Positions 34,357 to 50,983 of a DNA stretch of 64,000 nucleotides are shown here, piece after piece (positions within the stretch are counted from its first letter, which is position 1; every line of letters starts with the position of its first letter). This DNA comes from Eledone cirrhosa (lineage: Eukaryota), in contig OZ024762.1 of the NCBI GenBank assembly GCA_964016885.1, positions 27,156,001-27,220,000 of the forward strand, given 5' to 3'. Under the pieces are notes generated by a model. That model was not told where the DNA came from. It was given only the letters and a program-made list of their open reading frames with translations, and ran no database searches. The position numbers and the translations under genes are program-made.

Positions 34357-35694
34357 CTGCAATTAAATACTTATTAGTAGCTTAAATAAATACAAAATAA
34401 GAGGGAATAACATTTGTCATACTTATGTTCAGATATAAGTACGCCAATTTGCGATCGAATATATTAATAATAAAATGTTTTAAACGCACGTGACACCTGT
34501 AGTTGACTATCATTAAATTAAAAATTTATATTTTTGTGCACAAATTACAAAAATATGAAATTTTACAATTACAAGGTTATTTTAGATTAAAATTACAAAA
34601 TTTTACAATTACAAAGTTCTTTTTGAATCAAAATTATAAAGTTTACAATCATAATATGACTGCCAGATCACTATAATTTATCAATTTATTATTGAATATA
34701 CGCTATCTTGGAGTGTTTTAAAAATGTTTACAAACAAAAATTTACAAACTTTGGTAAAAACGATTGTTTTAAAAATATTTGTACACACTTTTACAAACAA
34801 AATTTAAAAAAAATTATTTTTTACAAATTTTTACAAACAAAGTTTTTAGAAAAATTAGTCTTACAAATTTTTACAAAGAAAGTGCAGTTTGTATTACAAT
34901 CCGAACCATGCCTATATTACATTACACTATATAAAGAGGAACAACATACAAAGATATTAAATAAATATATTTTACATAATAATTGTTATAGTTGAATTAA
35001 TAAAAATTAAATATTACATACAAATAGTCTAGCATAATAATAAAAATAATAATCTAACATAATAATAATAAAATAATCTAACATAAAACGAACAATAATA
35101 TGGACATATATACAAGTAAATATGATACAACCAATATTCTAAGGATGTTATAACCAACTGACAAAAAATAGTTAATATAAATTTAAAAAATCATATATAA
35201 ATTAACAATATAACTTACCAAAACGAGAAAAATATTTTGATGATAAAACGACAAAATACAGCAGAGAGATTCGAAAGTGAAACGATAAATAAACGTGCAA
35301 ACAAAACTCTTTTGGGCAACAATTACTCTCGTTGGATGATTAGCCAATAAGACGATGAAATTAGCCAATAAGACGATAATTTACAAAACATGTTTGGAAG
35401 GAATCGCCACGGTTAGCGGTACCTGTTGAAAATGTTATTCACAAGCTACGCATATATTGTCAGACATGCAGACTTAAAACATTCTGTTGTTAGTCACTGC
35501 GTATCTAACATATATATATATCTGATCAGAGCAAACAGCACGGACACTCTATCTCAAAATTATTTTTGAAAAGCATTTAGAAATGCGCAACCGGTAAAAA
35601 CTTTACTAACCCATACAATCACTAATACTCTTTTATTCCTAATTAAACCATTTTTCATCTGTGAACAATTTGTCAGCATTTTCTATTCCGTTTA

Positions 35695-35764
<70 letters not shown>

Positions 35765-35957
35765 CATATATATATATATATATATATATATGATAATAAT
35801 AAGGGTTGACGGACCCAGCATATTTATCAATGCCAGGACCGGTTGTATCTCAGCGCACTCCATGGGCAATGTAAGATACATTACCAGAGTATGCACAAAA
35901 TTATTTGCTTCAACACAACATACGTAAAACGGGGCCTATAAGGTTCCCGGACTCGAG

Positions 35958-36086
<129 letters not shown>

Positions 36087-36839
36087 TATATATATATGTG
36101 TGTGTGTGTGTATTTCAAAGTACATATATTGGTAGAGGGTCGACGCCATGCTTTCCAGCATAGTTACGTCCCTTTACGATCTGAGTTCAAATCCAGCCGA
36201 GGTCGACTTTGCCTTTCATCCTTACGGGGTCGATGAAATAAAGTACCAGTAATACACTGGAATAATTGCTGGCCTTGTGCCAAAAGTAGAAACAATTATA
36301 TAAAGGTGTGTATATATATATATATATATAGAAAGAGAGCGAGAGAGGGGGAGGGGATTTTTTATATGTAGAGAGAGAGAGAGAGAAATAGAGATAGATA
36401 GATGCCTCTCCCTCTTTCTCTCGCTCTCTCTGAAATCATGAAGAAAGCGTTCGTCATTATTTCCTTCGAATAAAACAGTCCTGAAGTCGCTTCTACAGGA
36501 CAAGAACTGTTTCTTTCGAAAGAAATTATCAAGAAAGCTTTCTTCATGATTTCCGAATGAAACAGTTCTAGACCTGTAGAAGCCATTTCTATATTAAATT
36601 CGTTGCATACACTCTACTAATGTATTGAGTACGTTACTTACCGATTGAACCCGGGACTCACACACACAAACATTTACATATATATATATGTGCGTATTGA
36701 GTGTTTAGTGTAAACTTAACGTAGATACAACTATCATTTCTAAACTAATGTATAAATCTTGGAGAGAACGAGGAAACTGGATTATAAACACTTTCAAATA
36801 TACCTCACTACAGAGAAAAGCATATGTACACACATGCAC

Positions 36840-36988
<149 letters not shown>

Positions 36989-37128
36989 TAGATATATTAA
37001 AAGTATAATTTAATTCGTAAGAAATCTTTTCCTTCAGCCGTCAACCACATACATATATACATACATATATATACACACACATATATATATATATACAAGT
37101 TTGCGTATTTGCTGGTTGTTTACCTACA

Positions 37129-37175
<47 letters not shown>

Positions 37176-37398
37176 AATTAATATATCTACCGACATATGT
37201 ATATATATATATATAAGTAAGTAGAAGGGATATTTAGTTTGTTGGAAATCCAACAAATATAAATGTGTATAACTGATTCAGAGCACTCAACAAGATTTCT
37301 GGAGTAAATATTCAAATAAATGGGAACTATATTTATAAACTATATATATAATAGAATAAATATGGTTTTATAATTATAGTTTCCATTTATTTAATATC

Positions 37399-37500
<102 letters not shown>

Positions 37501-38109
37501 CATGTATATATATATATATATATATGTATATACATGTATGTATGTGAATATGCATGTATGTATGTATATGTATATGTATATACATGTATGTATGTCTATG
37601 CGTATACATGTATGTATATACATATACATATGTATGTATTTATATGTATATACATATATGTATGTATATGTATATGCATATATACATATATATATATATG
37701 TATGTATATGTATATAGATATATACATATATATGTATGTATATGTATATAGATATATACATATATACATATATATCTGCATATATGTATATGTATATACA
37801 TATATACATATATATATATATGTATGTATATGCACATATATATATATATGTATGTATATGTATGTATATATATATGTGTGTGTGTGTGCGCGCGCGTGTG
37901 TGTGTGTATCTGTGTGTACGTACTTACATAATGATATTAGCAATGTGCTGTACTGCTTAAGAAGACAACATGGCTGACTCTAAGAACTCTAACATAGTTA
38001 TATCGTACGAATATTATTCAATTTACTATCAACCGTTCTGGTTTAATCTATTTCGTAGTTTCACCTTGGATTTCTAAGGAAAAAACAACAGTCCTTATTT
38101 TTTAATCTT

Positions 38110-39740
38110 GGTGGTGGTGGTGGTGGTGGTGGTGGTGGTGGTGGTGGTGGTGGTGGTGGTTATGGTGGAGGTTGTGTAGGTGGTGGATGTGAGGTAGTGG
38201 TTGTGGTGGTTATGGTGGAGGTTGTGTAGGTGGTAGTAGTGCTGGTGGTGGTGTAGGTGGTGGATGTGAGGTAGTGGTTGTGGTGGTTGTGTAGGTGGTA
38301 ATAGTGCTGGTGGTGGTGTAGGTGGTGGATGTGAGGTAGTGGTTGTGGTGGTTGTGTAGGTGGTAATAGTGCTGGTGGTGGTGTAGGTGGTGGATGCGTG
38401 GTAGTGGTTGTGGTGGTTGTGTAGGTGGTGGTAATGTAGGTGGTAGTAGTGTTGGTGGTGGTTGTGTACTGGTAGTTGTGTCGGTGGTGGTAGTGGTGGT
38501 GGTAGTAGCGCTGGTGGTGGTGTAGGTGGTGGATGCGTGGTAGTGGTTGTGGTGGTTGTGTAGGTGGTGGTAATGTAGGTGTTAGTAGTGTTGCTGGTGG
38601 TTGTGTAGTGGTGGTCGTGTCGGTGGTGGTAGTGGTAGTGGTAGTAGCGCTGGTGGTGGTGTAGGTGGTGGATGCGTGGTAGTGGTTGTGGTGGTTGTGT
38701 AGGTGGTGGTAATGTAGGTGGTAGTAGTGTTGCTGGTGGTTGTGTACTGGTGGTTGTGTCGGTGGTGGTAGTGGTGGTGGTAGTAGCGCAGGTGGTGGTG
38801 TAGGTGGTGGATGTGTGGTAGTGGATGTGGTGGTTGTGTAGGTGGTGGTAATGTAGGTGTTAGTAGTGTTGCTGGTGGTTGTGTAGTGGTGGTTGTGTCG
38901 GTGGTGGTAGTGGTAGTGGTAGTAGCGCTGGTGGTGGTGTAGGTGGTGGATGCGTGGTAGTGGTTGTGGTGGTTGTGTAGGTGGTGGTAATGTAGGTGTT
39001 AGTAGTGTTGCTGGTGGTTGTGTAGTGGTGGTTGTGTCGGTGGTGGTAGTGGTAGTGGTAGTAGCGCTGGTGGTGGTGTAGGTGGTGGATGCGTGGTAGT
39101 GGTTGTGGTGGTTGTGTAGGTGGTTGTAATTTAGGTGGTAGTAGTGTTGCTGGTGGTTGTGTACTGGTGGTTGTGTCAGTGGTGGTAGTGGTGGTGGTAG
39201 TAGCGCTGGTGGTGGTGTAGGTGGTGGATGTGTGGTAGTGGATGTGGTGCTGGTGTTTCTGTAGGTGGTGGTAATGTAGGTGATAGTAGTGTTGGTGGTG
39301 GTTGTGTAGTGGTGGTTGTGTCCGTGGTGGTAGTGGTGGTGGATGTTTGGTGGTGGTGGTGGCGGTAGTAGTGTTGGTTGTGTAGGTGGTGGTTGTGGTG
39401 GTGTTGTGTAGGTGGTGGTTGTGGTACTTGTGCTGGTGGTTGTGGTGGTAGTAGTGCTTGTCTAGGTGGTGGTAGTGTTCGGGGTGGAGGTTGGTAGTAG
39501 TGTTGGTGGTGGTGGAATTTTGGTCGTAGGAGTGTTGGCGGTGGAGGCTCTGGTGGTGGTGGTGGGAATTGGCGCGCGGTAATGGTTGTGTAGGTGGTGG
39601 TATTGTTGGTGGTGGGAGTGGTGGTAATGGTGGTGGTGGAGGTGTGATTTTGATAATGGTAGTGGTGGTGATGATGGTTGAGGTGGTGGATGTTGGTCGT
39701 GGTAGTTGTGGTGTAGGTGGTGGTGATGGTGGGGGTGACG
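38110..39740. repeat. (GGT)n-derived minisatellite with ~139-bp higher-order unit
   Basis: ggttgtgtcggtggtggtagt recurs near 38752, 38891, 39030 and 39169. Confidence 0.85.
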
Positions 39741-39926
39741 CTAGTGGTGATGCAGGTAGGGTGTGCTTGTGGGAGAGTGGGGGAGTGTGACACGGAAGGA
39801 GATAATTTGGAGATTCAGAGGAATAGGAGGGAGCTGTGTTAGATAAAGGGATAATGATTATGTATATATACCTATGTATATATATATGTATAAATGTATA
39901 TATACATATATAAATGTATATATACA

Positions 39927-39984
<58 letters not shown>

Positions 39985-40122
39985 AACGAATAGGACCCCG
40001 ACGGCTGAGCTCAAGCCGTTTCGACGGCTAATTCTGGACTAAAAATTACCGACTCTACTACCCTAAGTATTGAGTACTTTGGTGCGTTATGGTCCACCTG
40101 GTTCCTTACCACATTTCCTTCG

Positions 40123-40157
<35 letters not shown>

Positions 40158-40412
40158 TATACACATATATATGAAAATGTGTTTATACATATATGACTTA
40201 ATATATATATACACACACACACATATATATATATACATACATTTATATATATATATACATACACACATATATATATGTATTTATACATACACATACACAT
40301 ATATATATATATATGTATTTATACATACAGACACACACACATACATATATATATGTATTTATACACACATACACACACACGCACATATATATATGTATTT
40401 ATACACACACAT

Positions 40413-40458
<46 letters not shown>

Positions 40459-41033
40459 ATATACACACATATATATGTACACATATGGTAAGTTAGTTGA
40501 TAGCAATTTACAACCGCCATTCGCCATTCGTCGTTCGTCAGTCGTCATTTTCACATATTTCGAAAGATAGTGTTATATTTTTCTAAGGCTTCTGTAAAAG
40601 CGACAACGACGAAGACGAAAGACTGGTTCATTACTATCCCAGAATGAATGCAGTTTAATATATAAATTCTTGCCAATTCCTCTATGCCAAACACATTAGC
40701 TTTACACTAAGCAATCGTTTATTTCCTGCTATTCTAAACGATCTATTTTACTCTGACTTGTACACTTGAGGTGTTGTTGAATACTGCCAAATGATTGCAA
40801 GCGGGATACGCTCTTTGCTGCTACTGTTAATTTTGTTGTTGTTATTGCTGTTGTTTTTGCTGTTGTTGTTGTTGTTGTTGTAGTTGCTGTTGATGTGGCT
40901 CTTCTCGTTCTTGTTGTTGTGTGTTATTTTGTAGTTGCTGCTGCTGCTGTTGTTGTCGCTGCCGTTGGTCTTCTTGTGGTTGTTTGATGTTACTGTTCTT
41001 ATTGCAAATCAGGCTGTTCTTGTTGTTGTTGAT

Positions 41034-41064
<31 letters not shown>

Positions 41065-41751
41065 CTGTTGGTGTTGGTGGTGGTGTTCCTGATGATGGTG
41101 TTGTTGTTGTTGTTGCTACTATTGTTGTTGTTATGTATGCTATTGTTTTTACTGTTGTTGTTGCTGTTGCTGGTCTTGTTGTTGCTGTTGTTGCTGATGA
41201 TGCTCTTGTCGTTGTTGTTGTTGCTACTATTGTTGTGCTGTTGTTGTTGTTGTCGCTGCCGTCGTTCTTATTGTTTCTGTTGCTACTGACGTTGCTGTTA
41301 TTGTTGCTGTCTTGTTGCTATTGCTGGTGTTGCTGTTGTTGCTGTCGTTCTTGTTACCGTTGCTGTTGTTATTACTGCTGCTATTGTTACCGTTCTTTTA
41401 TAGGTGCTGTTGCAGTTGCTATTGTTGTTGTCGTTGTTGTCGTTGTTGTCGTTGTTCTTGTGGTTATTTGGTGTTGCTGTTGGTGTTGGTGATGGTTACC
41501 GTCTTTTATATTATTCTCTATAGAAGCTGATGTGATGGCATTGAAGAGAAGAAGCGAGTGTTAAGTACGTTCAATGCCATAATCCATTTAAGGTCAAAGG
41601 GGCCTTCTCCAGGTTAATGGAACTATCAAGTAGTATTTCGCTTTCTACAAACTTAACTGTCATTCTCAGCTTTGCCAAATCCTTCACAGTTATCAGCAGC
41701 ACACATATTTGTTCTTACATAAAAGAAAACGAAGAAGATAGTTCACACAAG

Positions 41752-41787
<36 letters not shown>

Positions 41788-41805
41788 TCTCTCTCTCTCT
41801 CCCTA

Positions 41806-41977
<172 letters not shown>

Positions 41978-42085
41978 TGTGTGTATATTCATATATAAAT
42001 GTGTATATATTCATATATATATGTGTATATATTCGTATATATATATACATATATATATATTTGTTTATATGTGTATATGTGTGTG

Positions 42086-42132
<47 letters not shown>

Positions 42133-42162
42133 GGATGTGTGTGTGTCTGTGTATATATATCC

Positions 42163-42204
<42 letters not shown>

Positions 42205-42409
42205 GGATGTGTGTGTGTCTGTGTATATATATCTATATATATTCTCTTCGAATAACTTGGAAATATACACTCGACTAAATTAAATTATGATGCCAAACAC
42301 TTACATTAGCGTTGGAGTTTAAGATGCCAAGAATAATTTAAATTTCACAAATTCCGGAAAATTAAATGGATGCCTAAACAAAGAAGAAAAAAATAATGAC
42401 AACAACAAC

Positions 42410-42542
<133 letters not shown>

Positions 42543-42859
42543 TTAAAATGAAAAGTAAAAGAAATAGAGAAAGAATTTAAGAATGTCAGAATGCAAGTCT
42601 GAGAATAAAAGCTTTACCAAAGCCAGTGTTTCAAGTTTAAAATCTGTTATATTATTTAATTCTTCAAAGTGTTTCCTTTTTAGCATTTCATTCCGATGCT
42701 CAACAATTAATAATAAAGTGTACAAGTGCTCTTCCTTCTGGTGATTTCTATTCAATAATATATTTATCTCTTGCTATATATGTGTGTGAGTGTATGTGTG
42801 TCAGTGTGTATGTGTATGGGTATAGATATATATGTATATGTGCGTGTATCTATGTGTAT

Positions 42860-42907
<48 letters not shown>

Positions 42908-43033
42908 GTGTGGGTGTGTATCTATGTTTATTTATATATCTATGTATATTTATATATCTATCTATCTCTCTCTATATATACTGTTTATATGTCTACATAT
43001 ATAAGTATAAATAAATACATATACATACACATG

Positions 43034-43096
<63 letters not shown>

Positions 43097-43207
43097 ATGT
43101 ATGCATGTATACGTACACGTACATACATACATGCCTACGCACATGTATACACGTATGCATGTATGGGTATATATATATGTATGTATGGGTGTATCTATAT
43201 GTATATA

Positions 43208-43288
<81 letters not shown>

Positions 43289-43412
43289 GTTCGTAGTATT
43301 TATGAAATATTTATTTACTCGTCTACATATATATTTAATTTTATTAACTGGCCGTTATCGTGAAGTCGTCATCGCTGTATTTACTGTTGTTTTTTGTTGT
43401 TGTTGTTTGTGT

Positions 43413-43464
<52 letters not shown>

Positions 43465-43594
43465 CTTCTTCTTCTTCTTCTTCTTCTTCTTCTTCTTCTT
43501 CTTCTTCTTCTTCTTCTCCTCGCTGCTATTGTTTCGTTATCTTGACCTTTACACGGTATCGTTCTTTTCCCTTTCGGTTTCCTATATATATATT

Positions 43595-43673
<79 letters not shown>

Positions 43674-44064
43674 CTTATACATATATATATATGTGCGTGT
43701 GAGTGTATGGATATATATATATAATCTCTCCAAAAATAGGTTTTAACAGCGTATGTTTAACTTGTTCTGAAGCTAGTTGACATTATATGAGACACCTTTA
43801 TAAATAGAAAACCTTATAATAAAAGCGATTCAACTGTAATTAAATTTCCATTTTATCTTACTCTAACCTTACGACATTCTTCCTGCACAAACTACTACCA
43901 ACAACCACTAACATCACTACCACCAACACTACCACCACTAACCAACACCAACACTACTACCTGTAACTACAAACATTGCCACCAAAAACCACATCCTATA
44001 ACCACAAACAACAATACCACTACCATCAATAACCACAAACTCTACCCGGACATCACGCCGAAAC

Positions 44065-45330
44065 ATCAATGCCCACAAACATTACCATCAACACAACCAG
44101 TGCCACCATTAATACTACCCCCAATAACTACAAACACCAACACCACCAACATCACCCCAAACACTACTACCAATGCCACAAACACTACCATCAACACAAC
44201 CAGTGCCACCATTAATACTACCCCCAATAACTACAAACACCAACACCACAAACATCACCCCAAACACTACTACCAATGCCACAAACACTACCATCAACAC
44301 AACCAATGCCACCACTAATACTACCCCCAATAACTACAAACACCAACACCACCAACATCACATCAAACACTACTACCAATGCCACAAACACTACCATCAA
44401 CACAACCAGTGCCACCATTAATACTACCCCCAATAACTACAAACACCAACACCACAAACATCACCCCAAACACTACTACCAATGCCCACAAACACTACCA
44501 TCAACACAACCAGTGCCACCATTAATACTACCCCCAATAACTACAAACACCAACACCACAAACATCACCCCAAACACTACTACCAATGCCACAAACACTA
44601 CCATCAACACAACCAGTGCCACCATTAATACTACCCCCAATAACTACAAACACCAACACCACCAACATCACCTCAAACACTACTACCAATGCCACAAACA
44701 CTACCATCAACACAACCAATGCCACCACTAATACTACCCTCAATAACTACAAACACCAACACCACAAACATCACCCCAAACACTACTACCAATGCCACAA
44801 ACACTACCATCAACACAACCAGTGCCACCACTAATACTACCCCCAATAACTACAAACACCAACACCACAAACATCACCCCAAACACTACTACCAATGCCA
44901 CAAACACTACCATCAACACAACCAATGCCACCACTAATACTACCCCCAATAACTACAAACGCCAACACCACCAACATCACCCCAAACACTACTACCAATG
45001 CCACAAACACTACCATCAACACAACCAGTGCCACCATTAATACTACCCCCAATAACTACAAACACCAACACCACAAACATCACCCCAAACACTACTACCA
45101 ATGCCCACAAACACTACCATCAACACAACCAATGCCACCACTAATACTACCCCCAATAACTACAAACACCAACACCACAAACATCACCCCAAACACTACT
45201 ACCAATGCCCACAAACACTACCATCAACACAACCAATGCCACCACTAATACTACCCTCAATAACTACAAACACCAACACCACCAACATCACCTCAAACAC
45301 TACTACCAATGCCCACAAACACTACCACCA
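44065..45330. repeat. 103-bp tandem minisatellite, ~12 copies
   Basis: Repeating ORF starts at 44173/44276 and 44586/44689/44792/44895 are spaced 103 bp apart. Confidence 0.92.
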
Positions 45331-45743
45331 ATACCCACAAACACCACATTCAACATCACCAAACCACACCCAAACACTGCCACCATCAACATCACTAAAA
45401 CCCCCACCAATACTACCACCAGCACCATCATCACCTCCTCGGGCATGCTCTTATCTTGGGAAGCATTAAGTAAAGCGTGGTTTGCACTTATAGTTACACT
45501 ACGTGCGCCGTTCCCGCTCACGTTCTCACGACCCCCTCCTCGCCACCATCTCAAACTGGTACAATGTTCTCGTTACGCATACTATGGTAATTTTCTTAGA
45601 TCTGCATGGAATGATGGAATGGTGGGATGATAGGATGAGGGAATGATGGAATGGTGGGATGATAGGATGATGGAATGATGGGATGATGAAACGAACATAG
45701 CAAATAAAATGAATTTCCTACTCTTGCTTCCACTCCCCAATCA

Positions 45744-45864
<121 letters not shown>

Positions 45865-45974
45865 ATATACATGTATGTGTGTATGTATATATTATTGTGT
45901 GTAATCATATACATACTTATTTTGTATATATAATACAAATGTTTTACCGTACACAGATACCCTACCAATCTATC

Positions 45975-46027
<53 letters not shown>

Positions 46028-46380
46028 AAACAAAATGAAAACGAAATTTCATTTCTCACTCTTAGTATGGCACTTACTTAAATGTAAGTATGCATGTATA
46101 CGTACATACATATATGTATACAGACGTACAGTAGCATGCACATATATATATATATATATACATATATACATACATATGCATACAGGTACACATACATATA
46201 TGCACGTATCAGTTTAGCGGCGCTAACGTCGCTTTGTTCGTTTGTAAACAAACTGAACAGCCTGAATTTATGCCATACGGTATGGCATATGTATGTATAT
46301 ATGTATATATATATATATATATGTGCATGCTACTGTACGTCTGTATACATATATGTATGTACGTATACATGCATACTTAC
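46028..46380. mobile_element. Diverged fold-back fragment of the 54636-55317 retrozyme-like family
   Basis: Shared aaatttcatttctcactcttagta and gtatacgtacatacatatatgt.tacagacgtacagtag, with an inverted arm. Confidence 0.7.
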
Positions 46381-46399
46381 ATATATATATATATATATG

Positions 46400-48600
46400 T
46401 AAATATCTTTAAGTCGTTTGGAAGCCTCGACAATGCAAATGGGTAAATCTCCGAGTAACGAGGTCCGGTGGTGAAGAGAGAGATGTAAGTGGGTGTACGT
46501 TGAGATGCGTGGTGTGTATAAGATGTGTGAGATGTGTAGAATGAAGGGAAGGGTATAAAGGATAAAATAAAAATAACAACACAAGAGAGAGTTACCTTGG
46601 GAGAGATTTAATAGTCCCTATATATTTCGGATTCACATCCATCAACTGGGGTTTTTTCCGGGGTGGGGGAATAGGTTGTCTGTCGGACAAGTGCGGAACG
46701 CCTCCTTCGCTGTTTGTTGTTTTGAATATCTGAGGTATTCGGCAGAGCGCGCGTGCGCGTGAAATGGGGTCGGTCGTACAGAGGTCAGCGGCCGAATGAG
46801 GGAGTGGGATGACGCTAGCTGTCAGTCCATTCTCTGCCTGTTTGTTAAATGTTACTGTGTGTGTGCGTGTGTTGTTGTCTCGCTTGAGTGTGTGTGTGTG
46901 TGCGTGTTTTGTTGCCTTGTTCCTCTGTATTGGCAGTGTAGTATGTTCGTATGGTGGAATGCTAATCTGTGTGTGTGCGTGTGTGTGTGTAGTTGTCTTG
47001 TTTACATGTGTGTGTGTGTGCGTGTGTTGTGTGTTGTTGCATCGCTTGTTAACTTAAACCAGCCATCTCATTTCGCTTCTCTCTGATCGGTTGTTTATTT
47101 GCGGTTGCAGTCGTTTGATAAAAAGCGCTTCCTTGATACGTAACGTGCCGACGTTTCTTTCAGCCGCTAGAATTGTGACAATGGGCCTTCCGTCTTTGTT
47201 TCCGCATTTGTCTATGTGTTTTCGGAAAGACGAGGCCCTGGTTTTAGTGTGTTCCTTGATCCGGATGTGCAAAGGTCGAATTGTGCTACCTATGTAGTAT
47301 TGGTTGCACCTGTCACATTCTATCTTATACACGACGTATGTGCGTAGGCAATAGTTCGCATGGCGTATCGGGCAGTCTCTGAGGGAGCATGCGTCAGTAG
47401 ATTTTTCGGGTTTCCTGGAGAGGCATCTTCGCAGGGAGGGGCCCGAGTGGGCCAGGTGGATGTCGAGGCCCTCCCCCCGTATAGCCTTGCGGATAGCATT
47501 GGTGGTTTTCTCGCCCAGGTGTGGCATTTTAAGGAAGCACTTGCCTTGGATGCTTCTCTGTCTCTTGCGTCTGGTGTCTCCTATTCTGTCTGTGATCGAG
47601 GTAGGGTACCCGTTCGTCTCCAGCACCTCGAGGAATCGCTTGGTATGAGTGACACCACTCGCGGGATCGCTGCATCTGTTTTTGATTCGCGCGATCTCGT
47701 TCGTGATGTATCCTCTTTTGGCACTGTTAGGGAGGGCGGACTTGTAGTGAACGAATAGGTCCCTGCAGGCTGCCTTTCGGTAGAAGTTGCAGTGGATCCT
47801 TCCCTGTTCCGTGATGTTGATTCGGAAGTCGAGGAGGGCAAGTGGCCCGTCTTCGTTGGGGTGTTCAACACTGAAGTCAATGTTCTCGTCCGTGTTGTTG
47901 AACGTCTCATAGATTCTGTTCGCCGTGTCTTGGGAAGATGTGAGGATGAGGATATCGTCCACGTACCTTGAGAAAAAGGCTACGGCGTTGGGGTGGCAGG
48001 CGTTGAGTGCCTTGCGTTCGAGGTTGTCCATGTAAGAGATCGCTAGCACACCTGATAGGCTTGATCCCATGGGCAATCCCGAGGTTTGTTGGTATGTTTG
48101 GTCAAGGAATCCGAAGTAGGTGTTGTCAACGACGATGGATAGGAGTTGGTGGATGTCAGTGGTGGTGAGCCCGAAGCAGTGTAGGTCGGTGGATTGGACG
48201 CGTTCCATTAGTATATTGACGGCCGGGAGTGCCGGGACCGAGGTGTAGAGAGCGACTACATCAAGGCTGAAGGCATATCTGTTATTCCTTCTGGTGTCGG
48301 GATCCATTTGATGCAGGCGCTTCAACACCTCCTCGGAGCTGTTAACGTGTCCCGGCAAGGTGTCTAAGATGGGTATGAGTATTCTGGCTAGGAGCCATGA
48401 AATTTTGTAGAGTGGTCCCTCTACGCTCGATACGATGGGCCTGATCTTCAGCTCGGGTCCCTGTTTGTGTGTTTTCACGAGGTGGTAGAAGGCGGGCAGT
48501 CTGCTGTTCCTCGTGAGGAGGTTGTATCTCAGCTTCTTCGGGAACTTCCGCCGGTCGCAGATGTTGATCCAGGCGGAGTTGATGTGTTCTTCTATCTGCG
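46400..48600 (-). mobile_element. 5'-truncated, apparently young PLE in (TA)n
   Basis: Uninterrupted RT-EN ORF, 3' UTR with variant HHR, (TA)n on both sides. Confidence 0.93.
47054..48600 (-). CDS. PLE reverse transcriptase + GIY-YIG endonuclease (open ~515 aa, N-terminally truncated)
   Basis: [75 protein letters not shown]. Confidence 0.9.
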
Positions 48601-48627
48601 CGTATATATATATATATATATACACGC

Positions 48628-48674
<47 letters not shown>

Positions 48675-48675
48675 G

Positions 48676-48883
<208 letters not shown>

Positions 48884-49055
48884 CTTTTACTTGTACCTAT
48901 TACACTTCCAACCAGTGCTGCCTGTAATTGTGTTATTTCAAGCGGAACATCTGTTTAACTCCTGAACTCCTGAATCTCCACATGATGCCTTTGACACTAA
49001 TAACAACTAAATGTTGTAAATGACTAGGATTCTAGTTACACGCTTTCGACATTCC

Positions 49056-49110
49056 TTATGCTCCGATGAATCCAGACTTCCCTCTGGAAGAAACAATTGT
49101 CAGGTAATAA
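49056..49110 (+). ncRNA. HHR variant (CCGATGA core) in a solo island at 48881-49148
   Basis: ct CCGATGA a tccaga-cttccc-tctgga a GAAA caattg TC ag; stem I is weak. Confidence 0.7.
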
Positions 49111-49145
49111 ATGTTCTAAACTAAAATTTGATCGTTTTAACACTT

Positions 49146-49222
<77 letters not shown>

Positions 49223-50101
49223 TGTAAAATGTGCCTCCTGTGTTTCGTTTGTTTGATTTATTAACTATATATATATATATATACATATATATGTATGTTT
49301 GTATATATAAATACATACATTCATTCATGTACACATACATTCGCATACACATACACATATACACATTACCGACACACACACTGAAACCTGGAGGATCTCA
49401 GTACACTTCTTTTCTGATTCCTCTCAGCAAGTGACCGCGGAATCGCTGACATTAAAGAAATATTTCCAACAAATTTCCAAAAGAAAAAAACCCAATTTCT
49501 TTTCCTAAAACATAAATAAAAAGAAAAAAAAACGAAAAATGATCAAAAATCGCCAAAATGGCAACACAACACCCCCCTCACCCGACACTATTCCGTTTTG
49601 TTCGATATTAATTTCAAATTCAAATTCAAATCATGCGATTGATTTTCAGATGGCCTATTAATTAGAAGAACGAAGCAGATGTTAATATGATAAAAATTCT
49701 GTTATAAAGACCTTAAAGGGTTAATTGGCAGAATTTCCTTAAGGGCAGCAGTAAATTCTGTAATATATTCAAACAAGGCTAGATAATTTAGTGTCACATC
49801 TAGATAAAGATTTCGGCAAAGAATGGTGAGGAATTCCATAGCTAATGAAGCTGATTTCTTCCTAACTAGTTTCAGAAAGGTTCTGGCCTTGTTTCTTAAT
49901 TCTTCTGGCCTTTTCTGTGGCAGTAATTGTAACGCATCGTGGTCAGTCAAACATGTGTACATGAATGAATGAATGTATGTATGTATGTATTTATGTATGT
50001 ATTCATATATATATATATATATATAGTTATAGTTATTAAATGAAGCAAATAAAACAGAGGAGGCAAATTCTACACATATATATGTATTTTACACATATAT
50101 A

Positions 50102-50135
<34 letters not shown>

Positions 50136-50248
50136 CTGTGTAAAATTTGCCTCCTGTAGAGGATTAGTAGGTGTAAGTGTTTAAACATTTGTGTTATGTA
50201 TACAAAATATATATGCATATGATTACACACAAACATATATGTATATAC

Positions 50249-50355
<107 letters not shown>

Positions 50356-50912
50356 TGCGTGCAACAATTTTATGTGAAAAATACTTTTAGCAAATAATTC
50401 GTCTTTTGTTTAAGTGAAATTATTAAAAAAATTCTCTTGATTTATGGCTATTTGAAAATATATGAGTATTTGTATGTATATATATGTGTGTGTGGGGGGG
50501 GGGGGGTTGTGTGTGTTTGTATGTGCGGATACATATATATATAGAGAGAGATATGTGTGTGTACATATATAGATATACATCTGTGTGTATATGTGTGATT
50601 GCGTGTGTATGTGATGCATATATTTATGTATATATATATATAATATATATACACACAAACACTATATATATATTTGTGTGTGTGCTTCAGTGTATAGGTG
50701 ATGTATGTATATATACACACAAGCACACACATACAAACACACACACAAACACACACATATATATATTATTTGTGAGTATGTAGGTGATACTTGTATGTAT
50801 GTATATACGTATGAGTCTTATCGACAATGTGTAGTTGGCTAACGATTTGGTTTTACACCGACTTCGTTGTACTTGTCAGTTTTGGAAAAATACTTTGATT
50901 TATCGCTATTTG

Positions 50913-50983
<71 letters not shown>

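Noticed and set aside
44065-45330. Mucin-like protein or CRISPR-like array
   Set aside because: The 103-bp unit is not a multiple of 3 and has no unique spacers
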